Shown piece by piece: positions 49,463-61,344 of a DNA stretch of 64,000 nucleotides. Positions within the stretch are counted from its first letter, which is position 1, and each line of letters begins with the position of its first letter. The notes beneath the pieces are model-generated. The model ran no database searches. It saw only the letters and a list, made by a program, of their open reading frames with translations, and was not told the origin of the DNA. The position numbers and the translations under genes were made by a program. Source of the stretch: Cyanophora paradoxa CCMP329 (Eukaryota > Plantae > Glaucophyta); assembly GCA_004431415.1 (NCBI GenBank), contig QPMI01000629.1:62001-126000 (forward strand). Reading direction: 5' to 3'.

Positions 49463-50282
49463 CTGGAGACTCGCCACCACACCCGGTGAGAGGGGGGAGC
49501 GCTAGAACTCTGACCGTACCCCACACCCCCTACCCGCCCCCGAGACTCGCCGCCGCCCCGAAAGAGAGCGGCGCTTAATCTCTGACCGCACCCCTAGTCG
49601 CCTCCCTCCCGCCCCCTTGGAGACTCGCCGCTGCCCCCCAGAGAGAGAGAGTGGCGCTTAATCTCTGACCGTACCCCCACTCCCTCCCCCTCCCCCCTGG
49701 AGACTCGCCGCTGCCCCCCGAAGCAAACAGCTCTATAATATTGACCGTACCCCAGCTCCCTCCCCCTCCCCCCTGGAGACTCGCCGCTGCCCCGAAAGAG
49801 AGCGGCGCTTCATCTCTGACCGTACCCCCACCTACCTCCCCCTCCCCATTGGAGACTCGCCGCTGCCCCCCAGAGAGAGAGAGAGAGAGTGGCGCTGAAT
49901 CTCTGACCGTACCCCCACCTACCTCCCCCTCCCCCCCTGGAGACTCGCCGCTGCCCCCGAAAGAGAGTGGCGCTGAATCTCTGACCGTACCCCAGCCCCT
50001 CCCCCCTCCCCCCTGGAGACTCGCCGCCGCCCCTCGAAGCAAACGGCTCTCGAATTTCGGGCGTACCCCCCACGTACCCCCTCGTTCCAACTCCCCCGGG
50101 AGACTCGCCGCCGCCCCCGAGAGGGCGACGCTAGAAGCTCGGCCGTACCCCCAGCTACCCCCTCCCTCCCTCCCTCCCCCCCCCCTCTGGAGACTCGCCG
50201 CCGCCCCCCGAGAGAGAGCGGCGCAAAAGCTCCGAGCCGTACCCCCGGGCAGCCCCACCCCACCCCACCCCCCTGGAGACCC
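49463..50282. repeat. Diverged ~75-90 bp repeats (~11 copies) carrying the same core motifs in inverted orientation
   Basis: ccgtacccc...ctggagactcgccgc is the reverse complement of gcggcgagt(t/c)tccag...ggggtacgg in the adjacent array. Confidence 0.9.
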
Positions 50283-50694
50283 GCCCGACGCCCCAGAACG
50301 AGCGAGCTTCGGCGCCCCCTGGGCCATCGGCGCGGGGGCGCATGGCGCCCCTGAAACTCCTCTACCCCCCTGCCTCTTGCGGCGCGGTACCCCCCTCTCT
50401 CTCGCTTGATCGCCTTGCGGGCGCGACGTCGCGACGACGGGGTTCCCTTGGCGCGCGCAGATCCCTCGCCGAGGGCCCGCAGCCGCACCGCGCTCCGCGG
50501 CCGGGCCGTGCGCCCGCGCCCCGCCCCGCCCCGCCCCGCCCCACCCCCAGCGCCCTCCCCCTCGCCCCCTCCCCTCCCCCCGCCCCCCCCCCACCTCCGC
50601 TCCCCCTTTTCCTCCCGCTCCGTGCGATCGACTCGAATAAAAGGGACCCGATCCGCGTTGGCCCCCGGGGGCGAGAAGAGCGGGGCGGGGCGGA

Positions 50695-52504
50695 ATGAAG
50701 GCGGGCCGGGCCGCGGACCTCCTCCCCCCCGAAGCCCCGCCGGCGGCCCCCGATGCGGCGGTCGCGGTGCTCCTCTCCGGCGACCCCCTCTTCTACGCCG
50801 CCGTCCGAGCGCGCCGCCAGAGCGCGCGGAGGCGGCTCGACGACGTGGAGCCGGAGGAGAGGACGCGCTGCCTCTACCCCTCGCTGCACCGGGCGCGCCG
50901 CACCGTACCGGCCGACCTGGCGCCCTTTTTCCGGTCCTCCGGGGCGCCGCCGCTGCTCTCCGTTTCCGCCCTGCGGCCCCGGGAGAGCGCCTCGCTCGTG
51001 CTCGCCCCGTCGGCCGAGTGGGCCGTCGTCCACAGCTACGAGACCGACGGGTACCGCATCGTTCCCGTCCTCGCCGGCGAGCGGCCGGCGGTCGAGCCCG
51101 AGTCCGCGCCCCCCGTGCCGGGGGCGCCGAGCTGGGGGCCCGCGGCGGGGGATCCCGGCATCCTCTTCGGCCTCTGCGACGGAAGCGTCGCCCTCTACCG
51201 GCGCGGGACCTACCGCGTCGTGCCCCCGGGGGCGGCCCGCCCTACACCACGCCGGGGCCCCTGGGGAGCGTGGGGCCGCCGCGGCCGCCATCCCCGCCCG
51301 CCGCGTGCGGCGCATAGCGGCCCTCGACGAGCGCCGGGTCGCGGTGGCGGTCGGGGGAGCGAGAGCGTGCACGTGGTGGACCTGGAGACGGGGCGCTGGG
51401 AGCCCGTCTTCCGCAACTCGCACGCCTGGCTCGTCGACATGGCGGGGACGAGCGTGGGCGCCTCTGGCTCGAGTACACGAACACGGTGGCCGTCCGCGAG
51501 CCGGGCCCCGGCGGGGCCCTCTGCGTCCGCGCCCCTGGCCCCGCGTGGCCCCTCCCCCCGACGCCAGCCCCTGGGTCGTACACTCCCCCGGGGGTACCCG
51601 GTACTGGTGGTGGGCGGCGCGGTGCTGCCTCTGCGCGGGCGAGTCAGAGGGGCGGGACGCGCACACGACGCTGCGCGACGTCGTCTCCGTGCGCTACCTG
51701 CTCCCCGTCGGGGAGGCGAGGCTGCTCGCCGCCTGCCAGCGCAACTCGTTCGTCTGGGAGCCGCGGCGGCGCCGCGTCGCGTCCCTCGTCCCCCTGACCC
51801 CCGACGCGCCCCCCTCCTGGGCCGCGCCCGGGCGCGAGTCGTACCTGAGCGTCTCGCACTCGTCCTCGTACGTGCTGGGCCTCGCGACGGGCCCCGCCTC
51901 CTGGAGGCCGTTCAGCCCGAAGACGGGGGCGTGGTACCCCGAGGAGCCCGTCGCCGAGACGGCCGCCCGCCCCGATCTCTTCGAGACGTTTGGCGTCCCC
52001 GTGAGCACGTACGCCTACGCGAGCCGCCGCGGCTCCGTCCTCGCCCTCTACCGGCGCCCCCGCTACGATTCGGTCGCCGCCGGCCGGGGTACGAGCGCGG
52101 TCGACGTCTTCTGGCCCCAGCGGGGCCTGCGGGCGGGGCCCTACCGCGTCCCCTTTCGCGTCGAAGGCTCGGTCGCCGTGCACCGCGGCGTGCGCTTCAC
52201 CCCCGACGAGCGAGCGATCGTGATCCCCAGCGCGACGGGGTACAGCATCTTTCCCCTCCCCTACGCCCCCTCGGATCCGAATTCGAGCGCCTCGGCGGTC
52301 TCGAGCTCTAGATCTTGTTCACGATCGGCCGAGCTGGAGGGGCCGGGCGCAGAGCCTGCGGCGCCGCCGGCCGCCGCCGCCGGCACCGGCACCGACACCG
52401 GATCTAGGTCCGGATCCGGAGACGTCGACGCGATTGGCGTGCCGCAGGAGCCCGCGCGAGAAACTCTAGCTAGGCAGGCGCCGGCATGCGCAGGCTTCAT
52501 CTGA
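50695..52504 (+). CDS. Apparently intronless, frameshifted beta-propeller-like protein
   Basis: Stitching frames gives ILFGLCDGSVALYR, VRRIAALDERRVAVAVGGSESVHVVDLETGRW, VRYLLPVGEARLLAACQRNSFVWEP and VRFTPDERAIVIPSATGYSIFPLP, which are blade-like beta-strand patterns. GC3 is very high. Confidence 0.55.
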
Positions 52505-52815
52505 TATATCGATATCGATTGAATTTCGACGACTCGGCGAGTACCGTAGTACATGCGCGCGATCGGGGCCGGACACCAACGCGATTATAAATAAAAACAT
52601 CAATCATAAAACTTGCGAGCGAGCGAGCGGGTCGAATCGAAGAGGAAGGTAGGATGATAAATTTGGTCAAGGCCCGAAAGGAATTCGAAACGAACAGGCA
52701 CATGCCATGATGGCCGGCAGCCTCGAACAAACAGGATCAAACAGAAAAGGAAATTCGAAACGGGACGAGGAACGCATCTAGAGCCTAGGGGGGGCGGGGA
52801 AGGACCCCCTTCTAA

Positions 52816-53700
52816 CCTTCTCGGCCCTTCTGGAAAGAGTGCTTTGATAAATATTGCCGGCTGTCTGGTGCCCTAATTAATCTCGAGAAGTCTAACCTTC
52901 TTCCGCTCCGCGATATTCCTGCGGACGTGTGGCCTAGCGTCGAGGACTGTCCCTGGCGGCGTCTCCAGGTGACGGATCTCCCTCCCGCTGAGAAAATTCG
53001 CAAGTACTTGGGCTTTCCGCTTGAGCCCAATCTGTCTCGATTCTGGCGTAAGAAAAATGCTGCTCTTGATATTCGTGTGCAGCAAGCGAAAACCTATCGC
53101 ATGCCGATGCGCTCCGGCGTTCTCCTTGCCTGGGCGGTCTTTATTGGATCCCTGCATTATGCTCTGTATTTGCTTGACCCCCCCGATGCCCAGTATTCTA
53201 CATGGCAAGAGAAGCTTCGCTCTTTTGCCGGCGTGAGTGGGCAACTTTCGAAGTATATTTCTCCTCTGCCGTGGCATCAAGGTGGTCTCAATTGCCCTGA
53301 TATTCGTGTCTTTTCTTTATCACTGAAAATGAAGTGGGTGGCCTTGTTGGCTGACCCGTCCTGTTCGGCTCCTTGGAAGGAGTACCTCTTGAGCAAACTG
53401 GACGTTCAGCTGGCGCCCTTTTCCTACGGCCCCGCCTTTATCTCGCTTCGTCTCCCACTTGGCGGTCTTGACTTGCCTCCTATTTGGAAGCAGGCTTTCT
53501 CGGAGTGGGCTCAGCGCCAGGGCGTGTGTCAACCTCGTACTTCACTCGAAGTTTTATCCCAACCTCTTTTCTTTAATCCCTTGTTCGATGCTCCGGGTGC
53601 CGAGGTTGACTGGAGTCGCTGTGCACGGTCTGGCTTGCTGCGGGTCTGCGATATCTGGGATTGTACCACCCGGCGATTCCGGACTCCACCAGCTGCCTCC
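52816..53700 (+). mobile_element. L1/Tx1-clade LINE ORF2 fragment (end of RT and thumb region)
   Basis: FDKYCRLSGALINLEKS, RKYLGFPL and LPWHQGGLNCPDI are typical non-LTR RT C-terminal motifs. T-rich composition differs from the flanks. Confidence 0.85.
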
Positions 53701-56700
53701 AAAGGGGCGGGGGCCGAGGCGCGCGACGAGCTCGGATGGGGATTCGGAGGGTGGCGAGGGGTGGGCGGGGGCGGGCGGGCGGGGGGGTACGGGGGCATCG
53801 TGCGGAGCGGTGCTCATCCCACGCCACGAGTCGGATGGGGCATGTACAGTCGAGGTTGGGCGGGGCGGCAGCTGCAGGCTTTTAGGAGGGAAAAAGGTCA
53901 AGATGGGGTGGAGGGAGAGGGGGGAGGGGGGGGAGAGAGGGGGGGGAGGGGGGCGGGGCGGGGAGGGGGAAGGGGGGAGGGGGGAGGGGAGGGGGGGAAG
54001 GGGGAGGGGAGGGGGGGGGGGGGGGGGGGGACGGGAGCACGTTCGGCGGCGGCTCAGACGGCGGAATCGGCGCCCGAGGGGCGCGGCGCTTGCGACGAGC
54101 TCGAGGCGCGCGCGAGGGGCGCCTGGGCGACGGCCGGGCGCTGGGCGCCGGGCTCGCCCTCGGGCGCCCCGGCGGCCTTGCGCTTCGCGCTCGAGGAGCC
54201 CGCCGCGTCGGGCGGCGCGGCGGGAGCCTCTCCGGATTCGTTGATGTGCCCGGCTTCTGCGCACGACGGCGGGGCGGGTCGGAGGGGGCCCAGAGCGCGG
54301 AGGCCGCGCGGGCGCCGCGGCGCGGACCTTGAGGAGCGGCCGCCGCCGCCTGCGTGGACGTGACCGCATCCGCGGCGGGCCGGCGGTCCGCCGCGCCGAG
54401 CTTGAAAGCGGCCTCGCACTGCTTGAGAGAGTCCGAGTGCATCTCCTTTACTGTACCCTCGCGGACCGCCTGTTCGAGCGTGCCGTAATCGATGTCGAAG
54501 GGCCTGCGCGCGCGTTTCGGCCCGATTCACGGCGGCCGTCGCGCGGAGCGGAGCGGGAGGCGCTGCGCGCACTTTTTCTTCGGGAGGATCTGCGTGAACA
54601 CCTCTTCGAAGACTTGGTACGTGAAGCCCCCCGAGATGGCGTCGGACGCGAGCTTGTTGACGTTCTCTCTCGCGCTGCACTCGGGCAGGAAAACTCTGCC
54701 CAGCGCCTCCGGCACGCCCGTTCCCCCAAGCCGCCTGAGCTCCCGGTGGTATCGATCGATGGCCTCGCGCTCCAGCTCGTTGATGAAGCTCAGGATGAAC
54801 ATGCGCCGCTGCTCGGCGTCGGGCGGGCGGATGTAGACGCTGCGGCAAGCCCCGGATGTCAGATCTAGAGGGCGGAATGCCGCGCGGCGGAGGCCTCGGG
54901 TTGGGGGTACGGCGCACTGCTTGGGGAACCGACGGTAGAATTTTCCCTCCAGATTCAAGGGGTAGTTTGTCGCCGCGATCAAGACGGGCCCGCCGCCCGC
55001 GGCGCCAGCCTTGCGACGTGCCCTGAGGTCACGTGCCAGCGCGGACATACCTTTCGCGCACTGCGGGCGGGCCGCGGGCGGGGCACGGTGAGCTCTGGGG
55101 CGGGGCGCGTCGCCGATCGCGACGACCCTCGGGACGTGCACCTGATCGGAGATGTTCTTGTGAAACTTGTCCCCGTTGCCGGACGCGCCGGCCTTCGGGA
55201 AGAGCGTGTCGACTTCGCTGCGGGGCCGGGCGGGGCCGGCGCGTCGGACGGCCGCGGGGCACGGGCGTGGCCATGGAGTGGCGCGGGCCGAAGCGCACTC
55301 GCACAGGAAGACGACGTCCGGGAAGTGCTTGAGAAAGGCGAAGAACGCCTTGACGATGTTCTCAGACTCGCCGTACTGCGCATGCGGGGCAACGTCGGCG
55401 GCGGCGCGTGGGGCCGAAGGTTCCCGGAGCGCGCACATATTTGCTGGTTTGAGTGTGGTCGTACTCCAGGAGCGCAAAGTTCAGCCTCCGCGCGAGCTCG
55501 CTCGCAAACTCCGTCTTCCCCGTCCCCTGCAGCGGCCCGGCTGGTTAGGAGCGGCGAGGGGCGAGGAAGGAAGCGACGCCGGCGGGCGCGCGCACGGGCG
55601 GGCCGTAGAGGAGAATCCCGTCCGGGGCTTTTTGGCGGAGTCGGGGACGTGGGGTCCCGGCGCCGGCAGGATCATCGCCGAGGTATGCGTAGGCGCTCCT
55701 CAGCTCGTCGAAGAGGTCCGCCCGCCCGACTGGCGGGGCGTTCAGCGACGGCGTCGTGTCCCGAACGCGACGGGCGCAGGGGATGCGTACCGTATTCACG
55801 TGCCGTCTGCTGCACGACGTCGGCGGACTTGAAGGCCGCGAGGATGGACTCTCTGGCGAGCGTCCGCACATCGGCCTGCCCGATCACCTGCACCGCCTTT
55901 TCCAGCGCCGCCTCGAGTGCCGCTTCGCTAGACGCACGAAGGCGTGAGACCGCGCGGGGGCGGCGAGGGGCGCCCGCGGCTGGCGGGCGCGCGGGGCGAG
56001 GCACCTGCCACTGGGTCCCGGAGTGAAGAGCGCGCTCTCCGGGTCGAGGACGGGGAGGTCGCCGTCGAGGAGAAACTCGAGCGACTCGCCGTCGCCCTGC
56101 AGCCTCTTGTCCCCCCGTAGACGCAGCTCCACGAGGCGCTCCCGGGCCGCATCGATGAGAGCCTTGGCCTCCGCCAGCGCCCGCGCCTTTGTGCGCTTGT
56201 TCCCGTTCTCCTGTTTCCCCGCCGGGCCAGCGGCGGCCGGCGCCGCGTCCCCCGCCGAGGGGCTGGCGGCGGGCGCCGCATCCCCCGCCCCCACCGGAGG
56301 GCAGGCGGCGGGCGCCGCGTCCCCTGCCTCAGCCGCGGGGCCCGGGGCCGGCGCCGCGTCCCCTGCCTCAGCCGCGGGGCCCGGGCCCGGCGCCGCGTCC
56401 CCTGCCTCAGCCGAGGGGCCCGGGGCCGGCGCCGCGTCCCCTGCCTCAGCCGCGGGCCCGGGCCCGGCGCCGCGTCCCCTGCCTCAGCCGAGGGGCCCGG
56501 GGCCGGCGCCGCGTCCCCTGCCTCAGCCGCGGGGCCCGGCCCGGCGCCGCGTCCCCTGCCTCAGCCGAGGGCCCGGGCCGGCGCCGCGTCCCCTGCCTCA
56601 GCCGCGGGGCCCGGGCCCGGCGCCGCGTCCCTGCCTCAGCCGAGGGGCCCGGGGCCGGCGCCGCGTCCCCCGCCGAGGGCCTGGCGGCGGGGGCCGCATC

Positions 56701-58798
56701 CCCGCCCCCGCCGTCGCCGCAGGCGGGACAGCCGTCGCTTCGGGCGATTCCAGCTCCCGCTTGGCGAGGGCCGCCTGCCCAAGGGAGCGGGAAGGGTCGT
56801 TGAGACGCTTGATGTGCTTTCGGGTCGTGTAGGGGCCGATCTGCCGCAGGGCAGGGAACGCACGCAGCGCCTCGCCGATGTTGCGCATCCTCCGAAGCTG
56901 CGGCGCGGGCGCGGGCGGGATTGGCGGCCGGAAAGAAGGGGAGGGGGAAGGGGGGGGGGGGACGGGAGGGGGGGGGAGGGGAGGGGGGGGGGGGGAGGGG
57001 GGGGAGGGGGGGGAGGGGGGGTTCTGCACGGGCGGACCGCGTCGGCGAGGTTCTTCGCGCCGGTCCGGTCCTCCTTCCGCTCCCCCGCCTCGAGGTCCTG
57101 GTCGGCCTTGCGGGAGATGGTGTTGTCGCGGAACTGCTGCACGCTACCATTCGTCTCGAGCGTGAGCAGCTCCGCAAAGTCGAACGCGAGCTTGGGGGCC
57201 TCCGGATCGCCGGGATCCTTGAGGTTCTCCAACTTGGGGTCTCCCGGATCAGCCTTCTCCCGCATGTTCATCTCGACGATGTTGTTGATCTTCTCGCTCT
57301 TCACCTTCTCGGCCACCTCGAACGAGAATGCGGCCTTGCGCTTCCCCTTGGAGTCGCTCGCTAGCTTTGCGCCAATCCGCCGGCCCTCGGACTCGCAGAA
57401 GAGCGCGATGTACTGCGGGACGGTGCGTATGCGCCATCAGCGTCGATCGCGGCGGCCGGGGCGGGGCGGGCCGGGCGGGCGCGCGGTGGTGGGGACGCGG
57501 AGCGGACCTGGCATGCGATGACAAAGGCGCCGGTGCGCTCCTGCTCGGAGACTTGGAGGATGCGCTGGGTGTTCAGCATGTACGGATCGAGCTCCCTGTA
57601 CCGTGACGCGACGTTCTTGATGTGCGAGATCACGTCCGTCGGAGCGTAGAGGTTCCGGGCCCCCGCGGGGCGCTCGCCGACTCTGACAAGGGTCCCCTCG
57701 CGGGGACCGAGGCCACTCCGGCGATCGCTCGGCCCCGCCCCCTCCTCGCCCGCGCCCGGCGCCGCCGCGTGCATGCCCGGCGCGGCGGCCGCGCCGGGGG
57801 CCCCATCCGGAGCCGCCGATGCCACGCTGGCGGCGACGGCGCCGGCGGCCGGAGGCGACGGGTTGGGCTGCTCATTCTTGTAGCTGTAGGCGTCCCTCCA
57901 GCCCTCGAGGAGGTTGTCGACGATCTTCTCCGCCTTTTCCGCCATGCGCTTCTTCAGGAGCTCGCTCTCGTCGCCTCCGCCGCCCGAGCTCGGCGGCTTG
58001 CCGCTCCTGGAGTTCTTCTTTTTCTTCTTCTCGCCGTCGCCGTCCTCCTCGCTGCTGCTGCTGCTGCTGCCCTCTGCGTCTTCATCCGGATCCTTGTCCG
58101 AACCGCTGGCGCTGGATTCGTTGTCATTGGACGAATTCGGAGCGCCCTTGTTTCTGATCTTGTCCTCGAGCGCTGCCTGGTTGTTCACGCCGTTGGGCGT
58201 GGACAGAGCGCGATCCTTGAACAGCTTCCACTGCGCCTCCTGCTCCTTCCTCTTCTTCTTCGGCGGCTCCGTCTTCGCCGCCTCCGCGTCGTAGCACTCC
58301 ACAAACTTTGCGTGGGTGTTCTCCACCTTTTCGAGCCCCGTGCGCCGGCAGCTGCGCGCGGCGCCGAGCGGTCGGCGCGGGCCCCGACCTGGTAGCGCGG
58401 GGGCTCGTGGGGGGCGTGTGCACCATTCACCCACGGCTCTCTTGTATTTGGCAAATTGCCTTATCGAGGAGAAGCAGAAGATACAGAGCCTGAGGCGCTT
58501 GGGGCACGTCGCCTCGCACAGCGAGACTGGGAGGATCCAGGCTTTCTTGCACCCCGTACAGATGCCGCGGCCGCGGGGGGCCTCTGCGCAGAGGCGCGCG
58601 CGCCTGTCAGGGTCCGCGCGCGGCGGCCGCGGGCGAGGCCTAGGGGCGACCGCGGAGCGCACGGGAGGCTCCAGGTTTGGGTTTCTCGGCGTCAACTTGG
58701 GGACCTTCGCGCTCGCGGGCCGCTGGCGCCTCTTTGCGCCCGGGATCCTCCGGATTCGTCCCCTCGCCGTGCTTGGCGGTCTTGCCCTCGCCGCTCAT
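53700..58798 (-). CDS. Large multi-exon protein with N-terminal Cys cluster and C-terminal Vps4/katanin/spastin-like AAA+ ATPase
   Basis: ATG at 58798 and ICTGCKK..CEATC..CIFC. Then VIGQADVRTLARESI, Walker A GILLYGPP|GTGKT across intron 55595-55527, YGESENIVKAFF, Walker B VVFLCD|EVD, LIAATNYPLNLEGKFYRRF, VYIRPPDAEQR and a C-terminal IDYGTLEQAV..DSLKQCEAAFKLG. The 3' end is uncertain and abuts the LINE fragment. Confidence 0.8.
56310..56670 (-). repeat. Coding 39-bp tandem repeat (GDAAPAPGPSAEA-like) inside the AAA gene
   Basis: ggcgccgcgtcccctgcctcagccg(c/a)ggggcccggg repeated ~9 times. Confidence 0.85.
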
Positions 58799-59094
58799 GA
58801 TCGTCGAGCACCGGCCGTCGGCGCGCGCAGCCGCAGCTGCAGGCTGCAAATGCGGTGATGAGCGCTAGTACGCGTACGGCGTGGCGCACAGCGGCCGGCG
58901 GCGCGGCTACCGTAGTACCGGGGTAGGGCCGCTAGGCTAGCTATCATAGACTAAGATTCGAATTCATAGTACTACGGTACATAGCTAGGTCACAGCCTAG
59001 GTGTGTGCACGTGTGGGCGTATCGCTAATTTTGCGGGGTAATATAAGGCTGCTTCTCATCCGCTAGCCTGAGCTAGGGAATTATGGTGGAGCCG

Positions 59095-59136
59095 GAAATT
59101 AGTGGACTGAGTCAAGATTTTCAGTCCACTAATTTC
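59095..59136. other. Perfect 16-bp hairpin ~300 bp upstream of the AAA gene
   Basis: gaaattagtggactga-gtcaagattt-tcagtccactaatttc. Confidence 0.85.
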
Positions 59137-61344
59137 TGGGTTGGGTACCGGTGCTGCATCACGGCCCTGCATGCGTACGTACGTACGTACGCCCACGTAT
59201 ACGAACGAAATTTTGCAACAGAATTCGAAATAAAAACCTTTGCACCGCATGGGTACTGCGTATACCGCACTACGTATACCGCGTCGTGTGATCATGCCTG
59301 AGTCGGCGTGACTCTCGTGGTGACTCACTGCAGCTGGCTCACTGCCAGCTAGAGTCACTGGTGAGTCGCGTCGCGTATACGTACTACAGTATACCAGGTC
59401 ACAGCTCGCGGAAAAAAGGCGCATAGGCCGGTCTAGGACTTTAATTTCTCCCAGTGAAGATTTTCTCGCGAGCTCCAGCCATTGGATGAAAAAGTTTCAT
59501 TTGCGTACCCCAAACCTTCGTTCGCGCTCGTTCAACATGAAAGCTGCGCACAAAGCACTTCGTACCCACGCCTTCTTGCAGAGTCAGCGCCGCAGCGGAG
59601 AAAGCTGGTCGCCCCGCCGGCTTTCAGCAGCCTCCTTAGGTCCAGTGAGCTTCAGGGAAGCGGCGAAGGCGGCCCCAGGTGGCGGCAGTCCGCGGCGGCA
59701 CTTTTGAGCGCGGAACAGGACCTGTTGACCGCCCACTCTCTTCCCACGCATCGAAGGCAGGTTCTGTATTCACTCTGATGCACTAGGACGCGTCCCGGGC
59801 TCTGGCGGTTCCTCACCGGACTCGCAACCGCAGTGGCACCTCCTTCACAGGCACGCCTCCACGCACGCTACGCGTATACTATGCAAGCTAACGATCATGC
59901 GGGTGCGTGTCTGCACGCGCCGCGCGCTGCCCAGCTGATGCGATGAGGTCGCTCCCCGCCGTGTGCAGTTGTCTCCCAAAGTGCCAGAGCCGGGCCTCAG
60001 CGTAAACGAGTGGATGCTACTCAAGCTACATAAGCTGTAGGCGAGCGAAGAAGGGTCGCTCAACAGCTCCAGTTCCGCGCTAATCGAAAACGCGTTTGCA
60101 GGTCTCCCTAGTCCTTGGCCGCCCGACGACGGGGGCCTCGCCCGCCGGCTGCGCATCGTCGTTTCACGATGTACAGGTGCTATACTTCCTTTCCGCTCTC
60201 TTCTGCGACCATTTCGCCGCCGCCTGATCGACCACCACCACCACCACAGGCGCGGTCCTTCACCTCGGCGGCAGCCCTGGGCGGGAATGACACGCAGCGG
60301 CATTCCGAGGCGTACGCAAGTGTGTTTTATAGCTTCTAGAACACCCCACGCCCCTTCCCCTTCGATGTGGCGCTCGCCCATGTCGCCCGTGTGCAAGGCA
60401 CCTCGCTGTCTCTCGCCGCGCGGGCGGGGCGTGGGCGGCACTCCTTCTGGGCATGTGAGGGCGTTGTACTGCATGCATAAGGGTGGGAAAGCGCACACAA
60501 CAAGACGAGCGGTGCCGGGGCGGCGAAACCGCGCCGGATGGGCGGAAGCCGCGATTCGAACAACCGGGACCGATCCAGCGGCAGTCCTGGCGCCTGGCCC
60601 GCTCTATAGCTCGGGACATACATCTAAAGCACGGTGAGAGCGTTGACGGAAGACGCGCGCCGCAGGATGGCTTTCGAGGAGCGTTTGTCTGCGGCGGGCG
60701 GCGGCAAGCGAGCGAGAGCGTCGCATATACATCCCAAGCGCGCGGAGAGCGCGGAGGCCGAGCGCTGGAGCGAGCGGAGCGAGCTAGCCGGGCGGCAAGT
60801 TTGGGCGAACGAAGGCTTTAGCGGGGGTAGCGCTAGCTAGTTGCACGTGGCTCACGTGCGCTGAGCCAATCCGATTTGCAGGAAGCACCGGATCGCGTTT
60901 CTATTGGCCGACTCGGAATATATATATTCGGCAATTCCCTTGACTTAAAGTCTTGGTATATTTGGGGGGCCCTATATCGTGACTCAACGAGTAACACCGA
61001 ACGGTCGCCCTTTTTTCCGCGAGCTGTGGGTAGTCCGAGTCCGTGCGTGACGCGACGTCGACGTCGCGACTCGCGAGTCGCGATCGACTAACATGCACAT
61101 GCATGCATATGCATATGTACATATTTTAACGTTCATCCAGATTCATGACCGTACGCCGGTCCACTCAAATTAATAATTTTTATATCCGTACGCGTGACGC
61201 GTCGATCGACTTATATAATGTTATATATATACACGTATCAATATCATAGCGCTAGCATATCCATACGCGTACGTCGACGTCCATCGCGCAAATGAATGTG
61301 ACTAAAATTAATTCAGTGTACATGTTAATTTTATAACTGAAACT

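Noticed and set aside
47621-50282. CRISPR-like array
   Set aside because: The sequences between conserved motifs are homologous to each other rather than unique spacers, and there are no cas genes. The same applies to 32.5-40.4 kb.
41728-52504. Polinton-like virus or virophage call
   Set aside because: No capsid, packaging ATPase or protein-primed polymerase motifs were recognised in the window.
41728-52504. Programmed frameshifting or RNA editing to explain the broken frames
   Set aside because: The slips are single-base losses mostly in G/C runs, and the same losses occur sporadically in non-coding tandem repeats. Long-read consensus error is the simpler explanation.
41728-53700. DIRS/Ngaro retrotransposon (YR plus RT)
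   Set aside because: The RT fragment has non-LTR L1/Tx1 motifs and different base composition, and lies 7 kb away. No gag or RNase H was seen.
59430-60900. Possible gene or transposase remnant
   Set aside because: No frame gave a recognisable domain or a consistent splice pattern.
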